Below are positions 8,664 through 16,080 of a stretch of 16,824 bases of DNA, piece by piece; position 1 is the stretch's first letter, and each line of letters starts with the position of its first letter. A program made the translations under genes and the position numbers. This DNA is from a virus: UHGV virus genome UHGV-0124552. The stretch is one strand, 5' to 3'. The notes below the pieces were generated by a model. The model had not been told where the DNA came from. It did no database searches and saw only the letters and a program-made list of their open reading frames with translations.

Positions 8664-9782
8664 ATGTATCTTTTCAAGTATTACCGTCCGGACTTCTTCT
8701 TCGAGAAAGCTATTCGTTATAATGAATTATATTTTTCCGCTCCTGCGCAATTGAATGATCCCAATGATCTCAATATAGATTATCGCTTCGATAATAAATT
8801 GAAATTATGGGATATTTTATTGCGTTCTCCTTGCGATAAATCCTATAAAAATTTGAGTCACATATTGGATTTGAGTAATTTGAAAATACATAAGGGATTG
8901 AATCGTATTTTTAGAGGAAAAAAAATAAAAAGTAGCATTGAGTCATTAGATAGCCTGTTCGACTCACACGTTGATGAGATACGTAAGATCATAGATGATG
9001 GTTTACTACCTATCAATGTGATTAATTCTGCTATTTATGGAAATATTCCTGAACCACGCCAATATTTGGTTTCACTTTGCGAGAACAGTATCAAAGAAAG
9101 GTTGTATAGGAAAATAGTTCCTGCAGTATTCAGTGTGTCATTTTCAGCTAATGCGTTAGATCGTATGATGTGGGCGCATTATGCTGCTGGCTTTAGTGGT
9201 TGTGTTGTGATTTATGAAACGCAGGATTTTAATATTGATGGTATACCCTATACTGGAATGAAGCTAAGAGAAAATTTATTTTCATCAGATAAATTTAATT
9301 TTCCAGTTAAGCCAATAAAATATAGTAATCAGGCTAAAGAGGTTTCACTTCTAGACCCAAGCGCAAATGTTGCAGAGTTATTTTTAACTAAAAATAGATT
9401 TTGGAGATATGAAGCTGAATATCGAATGTTTATTCCGGAGGCAAATGCAGGAATAGGGAGTGAGCGGCATGTTCAAAGACGCGTAAATCGAAATATTGGA
9501 CATATTTTTCATCATGATGCTAATGTTGTTAAAGGGATCATTTTTGGTCCTAGAATGTGTGAAATGAAAAAAGAAAGCATATGGAATTGTATCAAGTCAA
9601 ATATGGAGAATTCAAATTCAACAATATGTTATTTTTTTGACTCTGAGTTATCAGCATCAGGAAAGATTACTATTTCAAAAGGGCAACGAGCGGAAAAAAT
9701 GAAAAATTTCACTTTGTTCAGGAACAAGTTAAGTCAGACGGAAATGGCTAAAGTTTTGAAGGAAATTGGCATTACGAACTAA
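8664..9782 (+). CDS. DUF2971-like protein (372 aa) of unknown function; candidate single-gene defence/abortive-infection protein
   Basis: N-terminal YRPDFFFEKAIRYNELYFSAPAQLNDPND, central VFSVSFSANALDRMMWAHYAAGFSGCVVIY and C-terminal KNRFWRYEAEYRMF match the motif pattern I associate with DUF2971. Very AT-rich, preceded by about 380 bp of AT-rich non-coding DNA and followed by a terminator. Confidence 0.6.
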   Translation: MYLFKYYRPDFFFEKAIRYNELYFSAPAQLNDPNDLNIDYRFDNKLKLWDILLRSPCDKSYKNLSHILDLSNLKIHKGLNRIFRGKKIKSSIESLDSLFDSHVDEIRKIIDDGLLPINVINSAIYGNIPEPRQYLVSLCENSIKERLYRKIVPAVFSVSFSANALDRMMWAHYAAGFSGCVVIYETQDFNIDGIPYTGMKLRENLFSSDKFNFPVKPIKYSNQAKEVSLLDPSANVAELFLTKNRFWRYEAEYRMFIPEANAGIGSERHVQRRVNRNIGHIFHHDANVVKGIIFGPRMCEMKKESIWNCIKSNMENSNSTICYFFDSELSASGKITISKGQRAEKMKNFTLFRNKLSQTEMAKVLKEIGITN

Positions 9783-9848
9783 CCTAACAACAGTGCATGC
9801 CTATGCTGCCTGAATTTGCATGACCGTTTGAGGATCGTTTTTGCTAAG

Positions 9849-9875
9849 GCCCGCCAGAACTGGCGGGCTTTTGCG
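9849..9875 (+). terminator. Rho-independent terminator after the DUF2971-like gene
   Basis: GCCCGCCA (9849-9856), loop gaac, TGGCGGGC (9861-9868), then TTTTGCG. Confidence 0.65.
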
Positions 9876-9917
9876 TGGATCAGGCACCTGCATGAAAACC
9901 ACTACACAAAGCGGGCA

Positions 9918-9936
9918 GGCGTGGCGGGGATACGAG
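9918..9936 (+). other. cos: cos-like sequence (possible cohesive-end site or remnant of a P2/186-type phage)
   Basis: GGCGTGGCGGGGATACGAG matches the remembered 186 cos GGCGTGGCGGGGAAAGCAT in the first 13 nt (15 of 19 overall). It lies in a short GC-rich island between two AT-rich insertions, in the same orientation relative to Q as P2 cos. Confidence 0.4.
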
Positions 9937-10007
9937 CGCGCGCAGCGGGTGGAAACTCAGATTTGAATGTTGTATAAAAGATGGGATCATTCTGAGGAAA
10001 AGTGGAT

Positions 10008-10913
10008 ATGAAAAAGAAAACTATTCCGGAGTTGCAGAAGCAAAATCTGGCAAATTTAATTAAAAGTCGGCTTTTTCAACAGAAAAATAAAAATAAAGTT
10101 ACTGTTTTCCTTTGCGGGGGCGATTTGAATGATCCGTTTTTTTGTAGAAATAAAGTTAAAAGAGTGTTGGAAACACATCCCAAAATAGAAATATTCTATC
10201 CTGAGGAGTTGTTTGATGAGCTTTTGTATGGACAAGGTCAGCATAGTCTTTTAAGTTTGGAGAATATTTTAGCTGATTCAGTCGATGTTATTATTATTAT
10301 TCCTGAAAGCCCAGGGTCTTTCGCTGAATTGGGCGCATTTTCAAATAATGAAAAACTGTGCAAAAAAATGATATGTCTTCAGGATGACAAATTCAAACTT
10401 AAAAAAAGCTTTCTTAATTATGGGCCTATAAAACTGCTTCGGCGTGCTAATAGCGGTGCAGTATTGCGAGGAGATTTGTCGACTCTTGAAAGCTTGAGTA
10501 CAGGTAAAGCTTTTTATAATAGAATTATAAAAAGTATTAATGACATCAAAAAAAATAACCCAGTTAATCACTCAATAGATAATATTCTTCACGCTCGGCG
10601 TTTTATACTGCCATGTATATATTTGATGGATGGTATAGATAATATACTTCTATATGAGCTATTACATTTGGTGACTAAGAAAGATGCTATTCTTTGTGAA
10701 ATTATCGTTAAGTCTGTTATTTCAAGCTTGATTAAAGAGTCAATAATTAGGCGTTCAGTTCAAGGATACCATATTACAGAAATTGGTATGCAATACGTTC
10801 TTGAGCATTTTGATCGAAAGGCTTTGGACAATCTACGACTGGATATGATGAACTTCGAAAATCGTGGTAAAACAATACTCCACTATGATAGGATGCGTTT
10901 TGCGCACCCTTAG
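10008..10913 (+). CDS. Retron effector: nucleoside 2-deoxyribosyltransferase-like (NDT-like) protein, as in the Ec86 (Retron-Eco1) family
   Basis: VFLCGG ... VIIIIPESPGSFAELGAFS resembles the NDT-like fold motif with a catalytic Glu. Its stop codon lies inside the retron a1 repeat, immediately upstream of msr-msd and the RT. GAGGA RBS 9 nt before ATG 10008; the track start at 10002 is GTG. Confidence 0.65.
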   Translation: MKKKTIPELQKQNLANLIKSRLFQQKNKNKVTVFLCGGDLNDPFFCRNKVKRVLETHPKIEIFYPEELFDELLYGQGQHSLLSLENILADSVDVIIIIPESPGSFAELGAFSNNEKLCKKMICLQDDKFKLKKSFLNYGPIKLLRRANSGAVLRGDLSTLESLSTGKAFYNRIIKSINDIKKNNPVNHSIDNILHARRFILPCIYLMDGIDNILLYELLHLVTKKDAILCEIIVKSVISSLIKESIIRRSVQGYHITEIGMQYVLEHFDRKALDNLRLDMMNFENRGKTILHYDRMRFAHP

Positions 10914-11061
10914 CGAGTGGCTTCTCCGGAAGTTCACTGGACAGTGTTTCGCTGTCCTACATACAATCTGAAGTTTTACCAGTTCCCTCATTGAAAGGAG
11001 AACATCTCCCGATGTTCTCCTTTCACTTCGGAATCTGATTTTTATGACGTAAGGGTGCGCT
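10901..11061 (+). ncRNA. msr-msd: Retron msr-msd non-coding RNA (template/primer for msDNA), Ec86-like
   Basis: Inverted repeats a1 TGCGCACCCTTA (10901-10912) and a2 TAAGGGTGCGC (11050-11060). The 5' 17 nt TGCGCACCCTTAGCGAG and the 3' TGACGTAAGGGTGCGC are identical to the Ec86 ncRNA as I remember it. msr hairpin GGACAG-tgtttcg-CTGTCC (10939-10957). Long msd hairpin GAAAGGAGAACATC-tccc-GATGTTCTCCTTTC (10993-11024). Confidence 0.75.
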
Positions 11062-11062
11062 C

Positions 11063-12037
11063 ATGACTTCCGCAACACCATCTCAGGTTTTTCGCTTACG
11101 CAATCTTGGATTGCCTGTTATGTCCTCTTTAGAGGATATGTCTAGAGAAATGCGTTTATCAGTAGACATACTCCGGTTGTACATTTATCGTGCTGACAAA
11201 TACTATAAGGTTTATTCGTTGCCAAAAAGAGATGGCAAGAGATCCCGCATCATTTCACAGCCATCACGTGAGCTGAAGGCATTGCAAGCTTGGGTGTTAA
11301 GAAACATCCTTGATAAGTTACATTCATCCCCATTTTCCAAAGGCTTTGAAAAAGGGCAATCAATATTAAATAATGCCAGCCCACATGTAGGAGCTAACTA
11401 TGTATTAAATATTGATTTAGAAGATTGTTTTAATACTATTCTGATAGAGAAAATCTATACTGTTTTTCATTCTCTGGGGTATAACTCTACTATTTCTAAT
11501 GCTTTAGCAAGATTGTGTTCATTTAATGGTTCGCTACCTCAAGGTGCACCATCTTCTCCAAAGATTGCGAATCTTGTTTTAACTAAATTAGATTATAGAA
11601 TACATGGATATGCAGGTAGTAAGGGGATCGTATTTACTCGATATGCCGATGATTTGACTTTATCTGCTCAATCTTTAAAAAAAATACTTAAAGCTAAGTC
11701 ATTTGTATGCTCTATAATACCAAGTGAATCTTTGAAGGTTAATTATAATAAAGTTGCGATTCATGGCCCCAAAGCAAGGAAGGAGGTTACTGGGCTCGTT
11801 TTATCTATTGATAATGTTGGAGTTGGCAGAATACGTTATCGCGAAATTAGAAGTAAGATCCATTATCTGGCGGTAAAAAGAAATTCTGATTTCGAACATG
11901 TTAAAGGACTTATTGCGTTTGTTAAAAGTGTAGACAAGAAAAACTATAGAAAATTGATGACTTTCTCAAATAAAATGTCTGAAGCATATGGGGTTGATCT
12001 AAGTGTTCTTTTTCCTAAAAACAAAAAGGCCATTTAA
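11063..12037 (+). CDS. ret: Retron reverse transcriptase (Ec86 / Retron-Eco1-like)
   Basis: N-terminus FRLRNLGLPVM and QPSRELKALQAWVLRNILDKL closely resemble Ec86 RT (from memory). Also QGAPSSPKIANL, the catalytic YADD (RYADDLTLSA) and the retron-specific VTG motif (KEVTGLVL). Start codon abuts the a2 repeat. Confidence 0.85.
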   Translation: MTSATPSQVFRLRNLGLPVMSSLEDMSREMRLSVDILRLYIYRADKYYKVYSLPKRDGKRSRIISQPSRELKALQAWVLRNILDKLHSSPFSKGFEKGQSILNNASPHVGANYVLNIDLEDCFNTILIEKIYTVFHSLGYNSTISNALARLCSFNGSLPQGAPSSPKIANLVLTKLDYRIHGYAGSKGIVFTRYADDLTLSAQSLKKILKAKSFVCSIIPSESLKVNYNKVAIHGPKARKEVTGLVLSIDNVGVGRIRYREIRSKIHYLAVKRNSDFEHVKGLIAFVKSVDKKNYRKLMTFSNKMSEAYGVDLSVLFPKNKKAI

Positions 12038-12050
12038 TGGCCTTTTTGTT
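12023..12050. terminator. Bidirectional rho-independent terminator shared by the convergent ret and Q genes
   Basis: AAAAAGGCCAT-tta-ATGGCCTTTTT palindrome with A/T runs on both sides. The ret stop codon lies in the loop and the Q stop immediately beyond. Confidence 0.55.
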
Positions 12051-12052
12051 TA

Positions 12053-13081
12053 TTAGGTAATTGAATAACTCACGAAATTAATAACTTCTTCATTTATCCA
12101 TTCGTTCAGCTCTTCTAGTCTTTTTTGTAAAGGGATGAGTTCATTCCTCACAAAAACATTAGCAGCTTTCTCTACATCCCCAAACCCCCCAATATTATTC
12201 GGCATGATCCCCATCATCTGCGGCGGCACGCGGTGCGCAGCCATCATGTCATCCCGGCTCACGTTCTTGATATTCAGAAACTCATCCTTCGCCGCGACTT
12301 CTGACAATGGGATGATCTGAAGTCCGTCCTTTTTGCCGTTAGGCGAGTACATAAACAGATTGCGGAAGTTACCTGGTCCTTTGGCGCTTTTCATCGTATT
12401 GCGGAGGTTGTTCACATCCTCCTGGTTCTGCGCAGCATCGGTCATGTACATGATGAAGCCTGCATGACTGCCGTTAATGTAATACTTGCGGCGGAACAGC
12501 GTGGCGGACTCGTTGAGCAGAGCTGACGGAATGGCAGAAAGATAACCGGGCAGGCCGTAGATCTCCTGGTTAATGTCCGGTTCCATCAGATGAAAAATGC
12601 TGCCTTTCGTGAACTGATACGGCTGGGTTGTCATACCGTATTGCACAAACCAGTAGGTATCCAGGTCTAACCCGCGTCGGGTGTATTTTGCCAGTGCAGG
12701 CTCAAGGGCGATAACTTCACCGAAGCGGTTCGTGCGTTTCTCCAGGTAGGCGTTACCAAAAACCAGATAGTCCTGCACAAAACGCGAAAAAGCCTGCTGG
12801 CTGAGTAGCGGGTGAGGGATGTAGGTGCTGGTCAGAATGTTGCATTTCACCGCAATTGGTGAACTGTGATGCACGGCAGCGCGGAAGGTGCGCGCCAGTC
12901 CGTCAAAGCTGACAGGAGGCTCATACCAGCGATCTGTCTGTACGCATTCCACATAGTCCAGCAGTTCGCGGCGGTCAAGTACAGGAACGGGATCACCGAA
13001 GCTGAATGCTTCGGCTGAAGTCTGGCTTTTATGCTTGAGCTGATTCGTCGCCGCAGCGCGGTTTTTCTTAATCTTTCCCAT
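12053..13081 (-). CDS. Q: Portal protein (P2 gpQ-like)
   Basis: About 342 aa, size and sequence style of P2 gpQ. Convergent with ret and divergent from O, as in P2. ATG at 13081 overlaps the P stop (ATGA). The last ~25 codons (12053-12130) are AT-rich, unlike the rest of the gene. Confidence 0.8.
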   Translation of the reverse strand: MGKIKKNRAAATNQLKHKSQTSAEAFSFGDPVPVLDRRELLDYVECVQTDRWYEPPVSFDGLARTFRAAVHHSSPIAVKCNILTSTYIPHPLLSQQAFSRFVQDYLVFGNAYLEKRTNRFGEVIALEPALAKYTRRGLDLDTYWFVQYGMTTQPYQFTKGSIFHLMEPDINQEIYGLPGYLSAIPSALLNESATLFRRKYYINGSHAGFIMYMTDAAQNQEDVNNLRNTMKSAKGPGNFRNLFMYSPNGKKDGLQIIPLSEVAAKDEFLNIKNVSRDDMMAAHRVPPQMMGIMPNNIGGFGDVEKAANVFVRNELIPLQKRLEELNEWINEEVINFVSYSIT

Positions 13082-14847
13082 CAAAAAATCTCCACAATAT
13101 TGCTGGTATTGGCGGATTCGCCCTGCAGCGGTTCGTTAAACAATGCGTGCATCGTTGCCCAGGCCAGATCGGCGTGGCTGGCTTCTTCGCTGCGGCTGGC
13201 TTCATAGGTCGGGCGGTTGCCGCTGGCGGTGGTGGCGCGACGGATTGCCATGAATGACTGCGCAATGTCGCTGTGCCCGGCGTCAAACTCCAGACGGCGG
13301 TGGCTGATAATGTCGTAGGCCTTGAGTACCAGAGCGTTTTTAACGTTGGGGTTGTAGACAAACTCCCGGACGGCTGGAAAAAACGCTTTCACGTTCTCAT
13401 AAACTCCGTGACCGACACCCGTCGAGTCGATGCCGATATATGTCACGTTGTACTGTTCGGTCAGTTTTTTGATGGCGTCCGCCTGGGCGCGGAAGTCCAT
13501 CCCGCGCCACTGGTGGCGCTCAAGAATACGGAACTTACCGCCCGGCACGGCTGGCGGTGCCACCACCACGCATCCGGCGCTGTCGCCGTTCTGCGTACCT
13601 TTTGCCGGGTCATAACCGATCCACACTTCGCGCCACCCAAACGGGCGAAGGGCCAGTGCATGAAAGTCGGTCCAGACTTCCCAGCTGTCCACCATGCACG
13701 CCTGCAGCTCGCTGAGCGGAAACACGGACGCGAGATCGTCCACAAACTCGCACATCAGCAGGTTCTGGTATTCGTCCGGGCTGTACTCCATGCGTAGTTG
13801 GTCGAGGTCGAACAGGTTACAGCCGCCGCGCACCGCATCTTCCACGGTGACTATCTGGCGGTATTGCCCGTCTGCGCACAGCAGGCCGGGGGCCAGATTG
13901 CTGTGGGACAGGTCGATGTCCACCTTGTCGGCTTTGTTGCGTCCACGGTTGAACAGCGCACCGGACCAGAACGGATAAGCACTGTGGGTCAGGCTGGATG
14001 GCGTGGAAAAATAGGTTTGTCGCCATTTTTTGTGAATAGCCATACCGGAAGCCACTTTGCGCAGCTCCTGGAATTTCGGTATCCAGAAATATTCATCCAG
14101 ATACAGGTTGCCGTGGTAACTCTGGGCAGTGCGGGCATTGGTGCCGAGGAAATACAGTGTGGCCCCGTTGGGAAGCACCATCGGATCGCCTTTCAGCTCC
14201 ACTTCCACTTCTTTGGCGAAGTCGATGATGTACTGCTTAAAGACGTGCGCCTGTGCCTTACTGGCAGAAAGGAAAATCTGGTTACGTCCGGTTAGCAGGG
14301 CGTCAATCAGGGCTTCACGGGCAAAATAGAAGGTCGCGCCGATCTGGCGTGACTTCAGCAGGTTGCGGATGCGGTTGGTTTTTCCGGCTTCCCACCAGTG
14401 ACGCTGGTAGTTGAACATGGAGGAATGGAAGATTTCTTCCAGCTTCTCAATCTGTTCATCGGTGAAAACATTCTTTTCAGGCTGACGGCGCGGGCCTTTG
14501 TTGCGGTTGGCGACGTTAGGGTTTAAATCGGCTTCGTTGCCGCCATTGTTAAACTTGCCGATCCGCGCGTGGCGCTCCGACTGGCGCGCCAGCAGATCAA
14601 TTTCTTTGAAATCTTTCCCTTCTTTGTGCTCCTTCATAATGAGCTGGCAGTAACGTGCGGCGGTGGTGAGCTGCATCTGATCCAGCGGCCCATAGTCACC
14701 CCACTTGTCGCGTTTTTTCCAGCTGTGAACGGTTGCAACTTTCTCGCCCAGCATTTCAGCAATGCGGGCTACGCGGTATCCCTGAAAGTACAGCAGCATG
14801 GCCTGCCGACGGGGATCGAGATCTGCGGGTGTCAGTGTGGTGTTCAT
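13081..14847 (-). CDS. P: Terminase large (ATPase) subunit (P2 gpP-like)
   Basis: 588 aa (P2 gpP is about 590). N-terminus LDPRRQAMLLYFQGYRVARIAEMLG resembles gpP. Upstream of Q on the same strand. Confidence 0.85.
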   Translation of the reverse strand: MNTTLTPADLDPRRQAMLLYFQGYRVARIAEMLGEKVATVHSWKKRDKWGDYGPLDQMQLTTAARYCQLIMKEHKEGKDFKEIDLLARQSERHARIGKFNNGGNEADLNPNVANRNKGPRRQPEKNVFTDEQIEKLEEIFHSSMFNYQRHWWEAGKTNRIRNLLKSRQIGATFYFAREALIDALLTGRNQIFLSASKAQAHVFKQYIIDFAKEVEVELKGDPMVLPNGATLYFLGTNARTAQSYHGNLYLDEYFWIPKFQELRKVASGMAIHKKWRQTYFSTPSSLTHSAYPFWSGALFNRGRNKADKVDIDLSHSNLAPGLLCADGQYRQIVTVEDAVRGGCNLFDLDQLRMEYSPDEYQNLLMCEFVDDLASVFPLSELQACMVDSWEVWTDFHALALRPFGWREVWIGYDPAKGTQNGDSAGCVVVAPPAVPGGKFRILERHQWRGMDFRAQADAIKKLTEQYNVTYIGIDSTGVGHGVYENVKAFFPAVREFVYNPNVKNALVLKAYDIISHRRLEFDAGHSDIAQSFMAIRRATTASGNRPTYEASRSEEASHADLAWATMHALFNEPLQGESANTSNIVEIF

Positions 14848-14893
14848 GGCACAAACCTACAGCCTTGAATGAAGGCTTTCCCCGCCTGCGGTT

Positions 14894-14911
14894 TGTGTGG
14901 TTGTCGGTACA
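14894..14911 (+). promoter_or_regulatory. TGT-N12-ACA dyad typical of Ogr-dependent P2-type late promoters, upstream of O
   Basis: TGT (14894-14896), 12 nt, ACA (14909-14911), in the P/O divergent intergenic region about 80-95 bp upstream of the O start codon. Confidence 0.45.
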
Positions 14912-14989
14912 AATACCGCGCATTGTTTCACTGCCCCCATCACCGCAACCATAAGGCTCCAGTAAGTTTTTTCTAACGGAGCACGGCTC

Positions 14990-15883
14990 ATGACAGTGAA
15001 AGCAAAGCGTTTTCGCATCGGGGTGGAAGGTGCCACCACCGACGGACGCGAAATCCAGCGTGAATGGCTGGAACAGATGGCAGCCAGCTACAACCCGGCG
15101 GTGTATACCGCGCTGATTAACCTTGAGCACATCAAGTCTTATCTGCCGGACAGCACCTTTAACCGCTACGGCAAGGTGACGGCGCTGTTTGCTGAAGAAA
15201 TCACGGAAGGTCCGCTGGCAGGCAAGATGGCGCTGTATGCCGACGTTGAGCCAACAGAGTCCCTGGTGGAGCTGGTGAAAAAAGGCCAGAAATTATTCAC
15301 CTCTATGGAAGTCAGCCCAAAGTTTGCTGATACGGGCAAAGCCTACCTGGTCGGGCTGGCTGCCACTGATGACCCTGCCAGTCTGGGCACTGAAATGCTG
15401 ACATTCAGCGCCAGTGCAGCCCATAACCCGCTGGCAAACCGCAAGCAGAATCCCGCCAATCTCTTTACCGCCGCAGAGGAAACGGTGATCGAACTGGAAG
15501 AAATCCAGGAGGACAAGCCGTCCCTGTTTGCCCGCGTCACGGCGCTGTTCACCAAAAAAGAGCAGTCCGACGATGCCCGGTTCTCTGATGTGCATAAGGC
15601 CGTGGAGCTGGTCGCCACTGAGCAGCAGAACCTGAGCGCACGGACCGAAAAATCCCTGTCTGAGCAGGAAGAACGTCTGTCTGAGCTGGAGACTGCCCTG
15701 CAGGCACAGCAGACCGCCTTTAACGAACTGGTGAATAAGCTGAGTCATGAAGACAGCCGCCAGGACTACGCGAAGCTGACCATCAATGGTGAGGTGCTCT
15801 ATGAAGTGGACCTTATCAACATGGTGGAAATTGTGGACGGTGTGGACCTGATGGAAGCGCACCGCAACGCCCTCGGCCTCTGA
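14990..15883 (+). CDS. O: Capsid scaffolding protein (P2 gpO-like)
   Basis: FRIGVEGATTDGREI ... INLEH ... TSMEVSPKFADTGKAYLVGLAATDDPASLGTE ... ASDDARFSDVH aligns by eye along the length of remembered P2 gpO. GGAG RBS 8 nt upstream. Confidence 0.85.
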   Translation: MTVKAKRFRIGVEGATTDGREIQREWLEQMAASYNPAVYTALINLEHIKSYLPDSTFNRYGKVTALFAEEITEGPLAGKMALYADVEPTESLVELVKKGQKLFTSMEVSPKFADTGKAYLVGLAATDDPASLGTEMLTFSASAAHNPLANRKQNPANLFTAAEETVIELEEIQEDKPSLFARVTALFTKKEQSDDARFSDVHKAVELVATEQQNLSARTEKSLSEQEERLSELETALQAQQTAFNELVNKLSHEDSRQDYAKLTINGEVLYEVDLINMVEIVDGVDLMEAHRNALGL

Positions 15884-15894
15884 TATATCTGAAC

Positions 15895-15912
15895 GGCGCG
15901 GGATACCGCGCC
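15895..15912 (+). other. GC-rich hairpin in the short O to E' spacer (possible terminator or deletion-junction landmark)
   Basis: GGCGCGG-gata-CCGCGCC. No T-run follows, so not a canonical intrinsic terminator. Confidence 0.3.
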
Positions 15913-15937
15913 AGAACCCAATTGACAGGACAGCAAA

Positions 15938-16080
15938 ATGAGCGATAAGCAGACTGAAAAGACCATTCAACTGGATACCCCCATCAAGCGCGGTAAAACA
16001 GAAATCACCGAAATTGTGCTGCGTAAACCGCAGTCCGGTGCGCTGCGCGGTACACGCCTGCAGGCCATTATGGATACCTG
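15938..16080 (+). pseudogene. Truncated tail assembly chaperone gpE-like N-terminal fragment (E')
   Basis: First ~47 aa (TIQLDTPIKRGKTEITEIVLRKPQSGALRGTRLQAIMD) fit the gpE-type tail assembly chaperone pattern. Beyond about 16080 the frame reads into unrelated residues before stopping at 16246. Confidence 0.5.

Noticed and set aside
10056-10571. Minus-strand ORFs (10056-10244, 10341-10571) within the retron effector gene
   Set aside because: AT-rich antisense artefacts (Phe/Ile/Lys-rich) inside a gene with a clear motif and RBS on the + strand.
13068-14329. Several 60-175-aa ORFs on both strands inside the terminase gene (e.g. 13273-13797 +, 13798-14295 +, 13461-13745 -, 13068-13361 -)
   Set aside because: They overlap a long, well-supported gpP-like ORF in alternative frames, and their products are Arg/Ala/Pro-rich in the way GC-rich antisense translations are. 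No RBS or homology supports them.
15293-15970. 225-aa ORF antisense to scaffold gene O, and 15343-15618 -
   Set aside because: Antisense to a confidently assigned gpO homologue; typical spurious long antisense ORF in GC-rich coding DNA.
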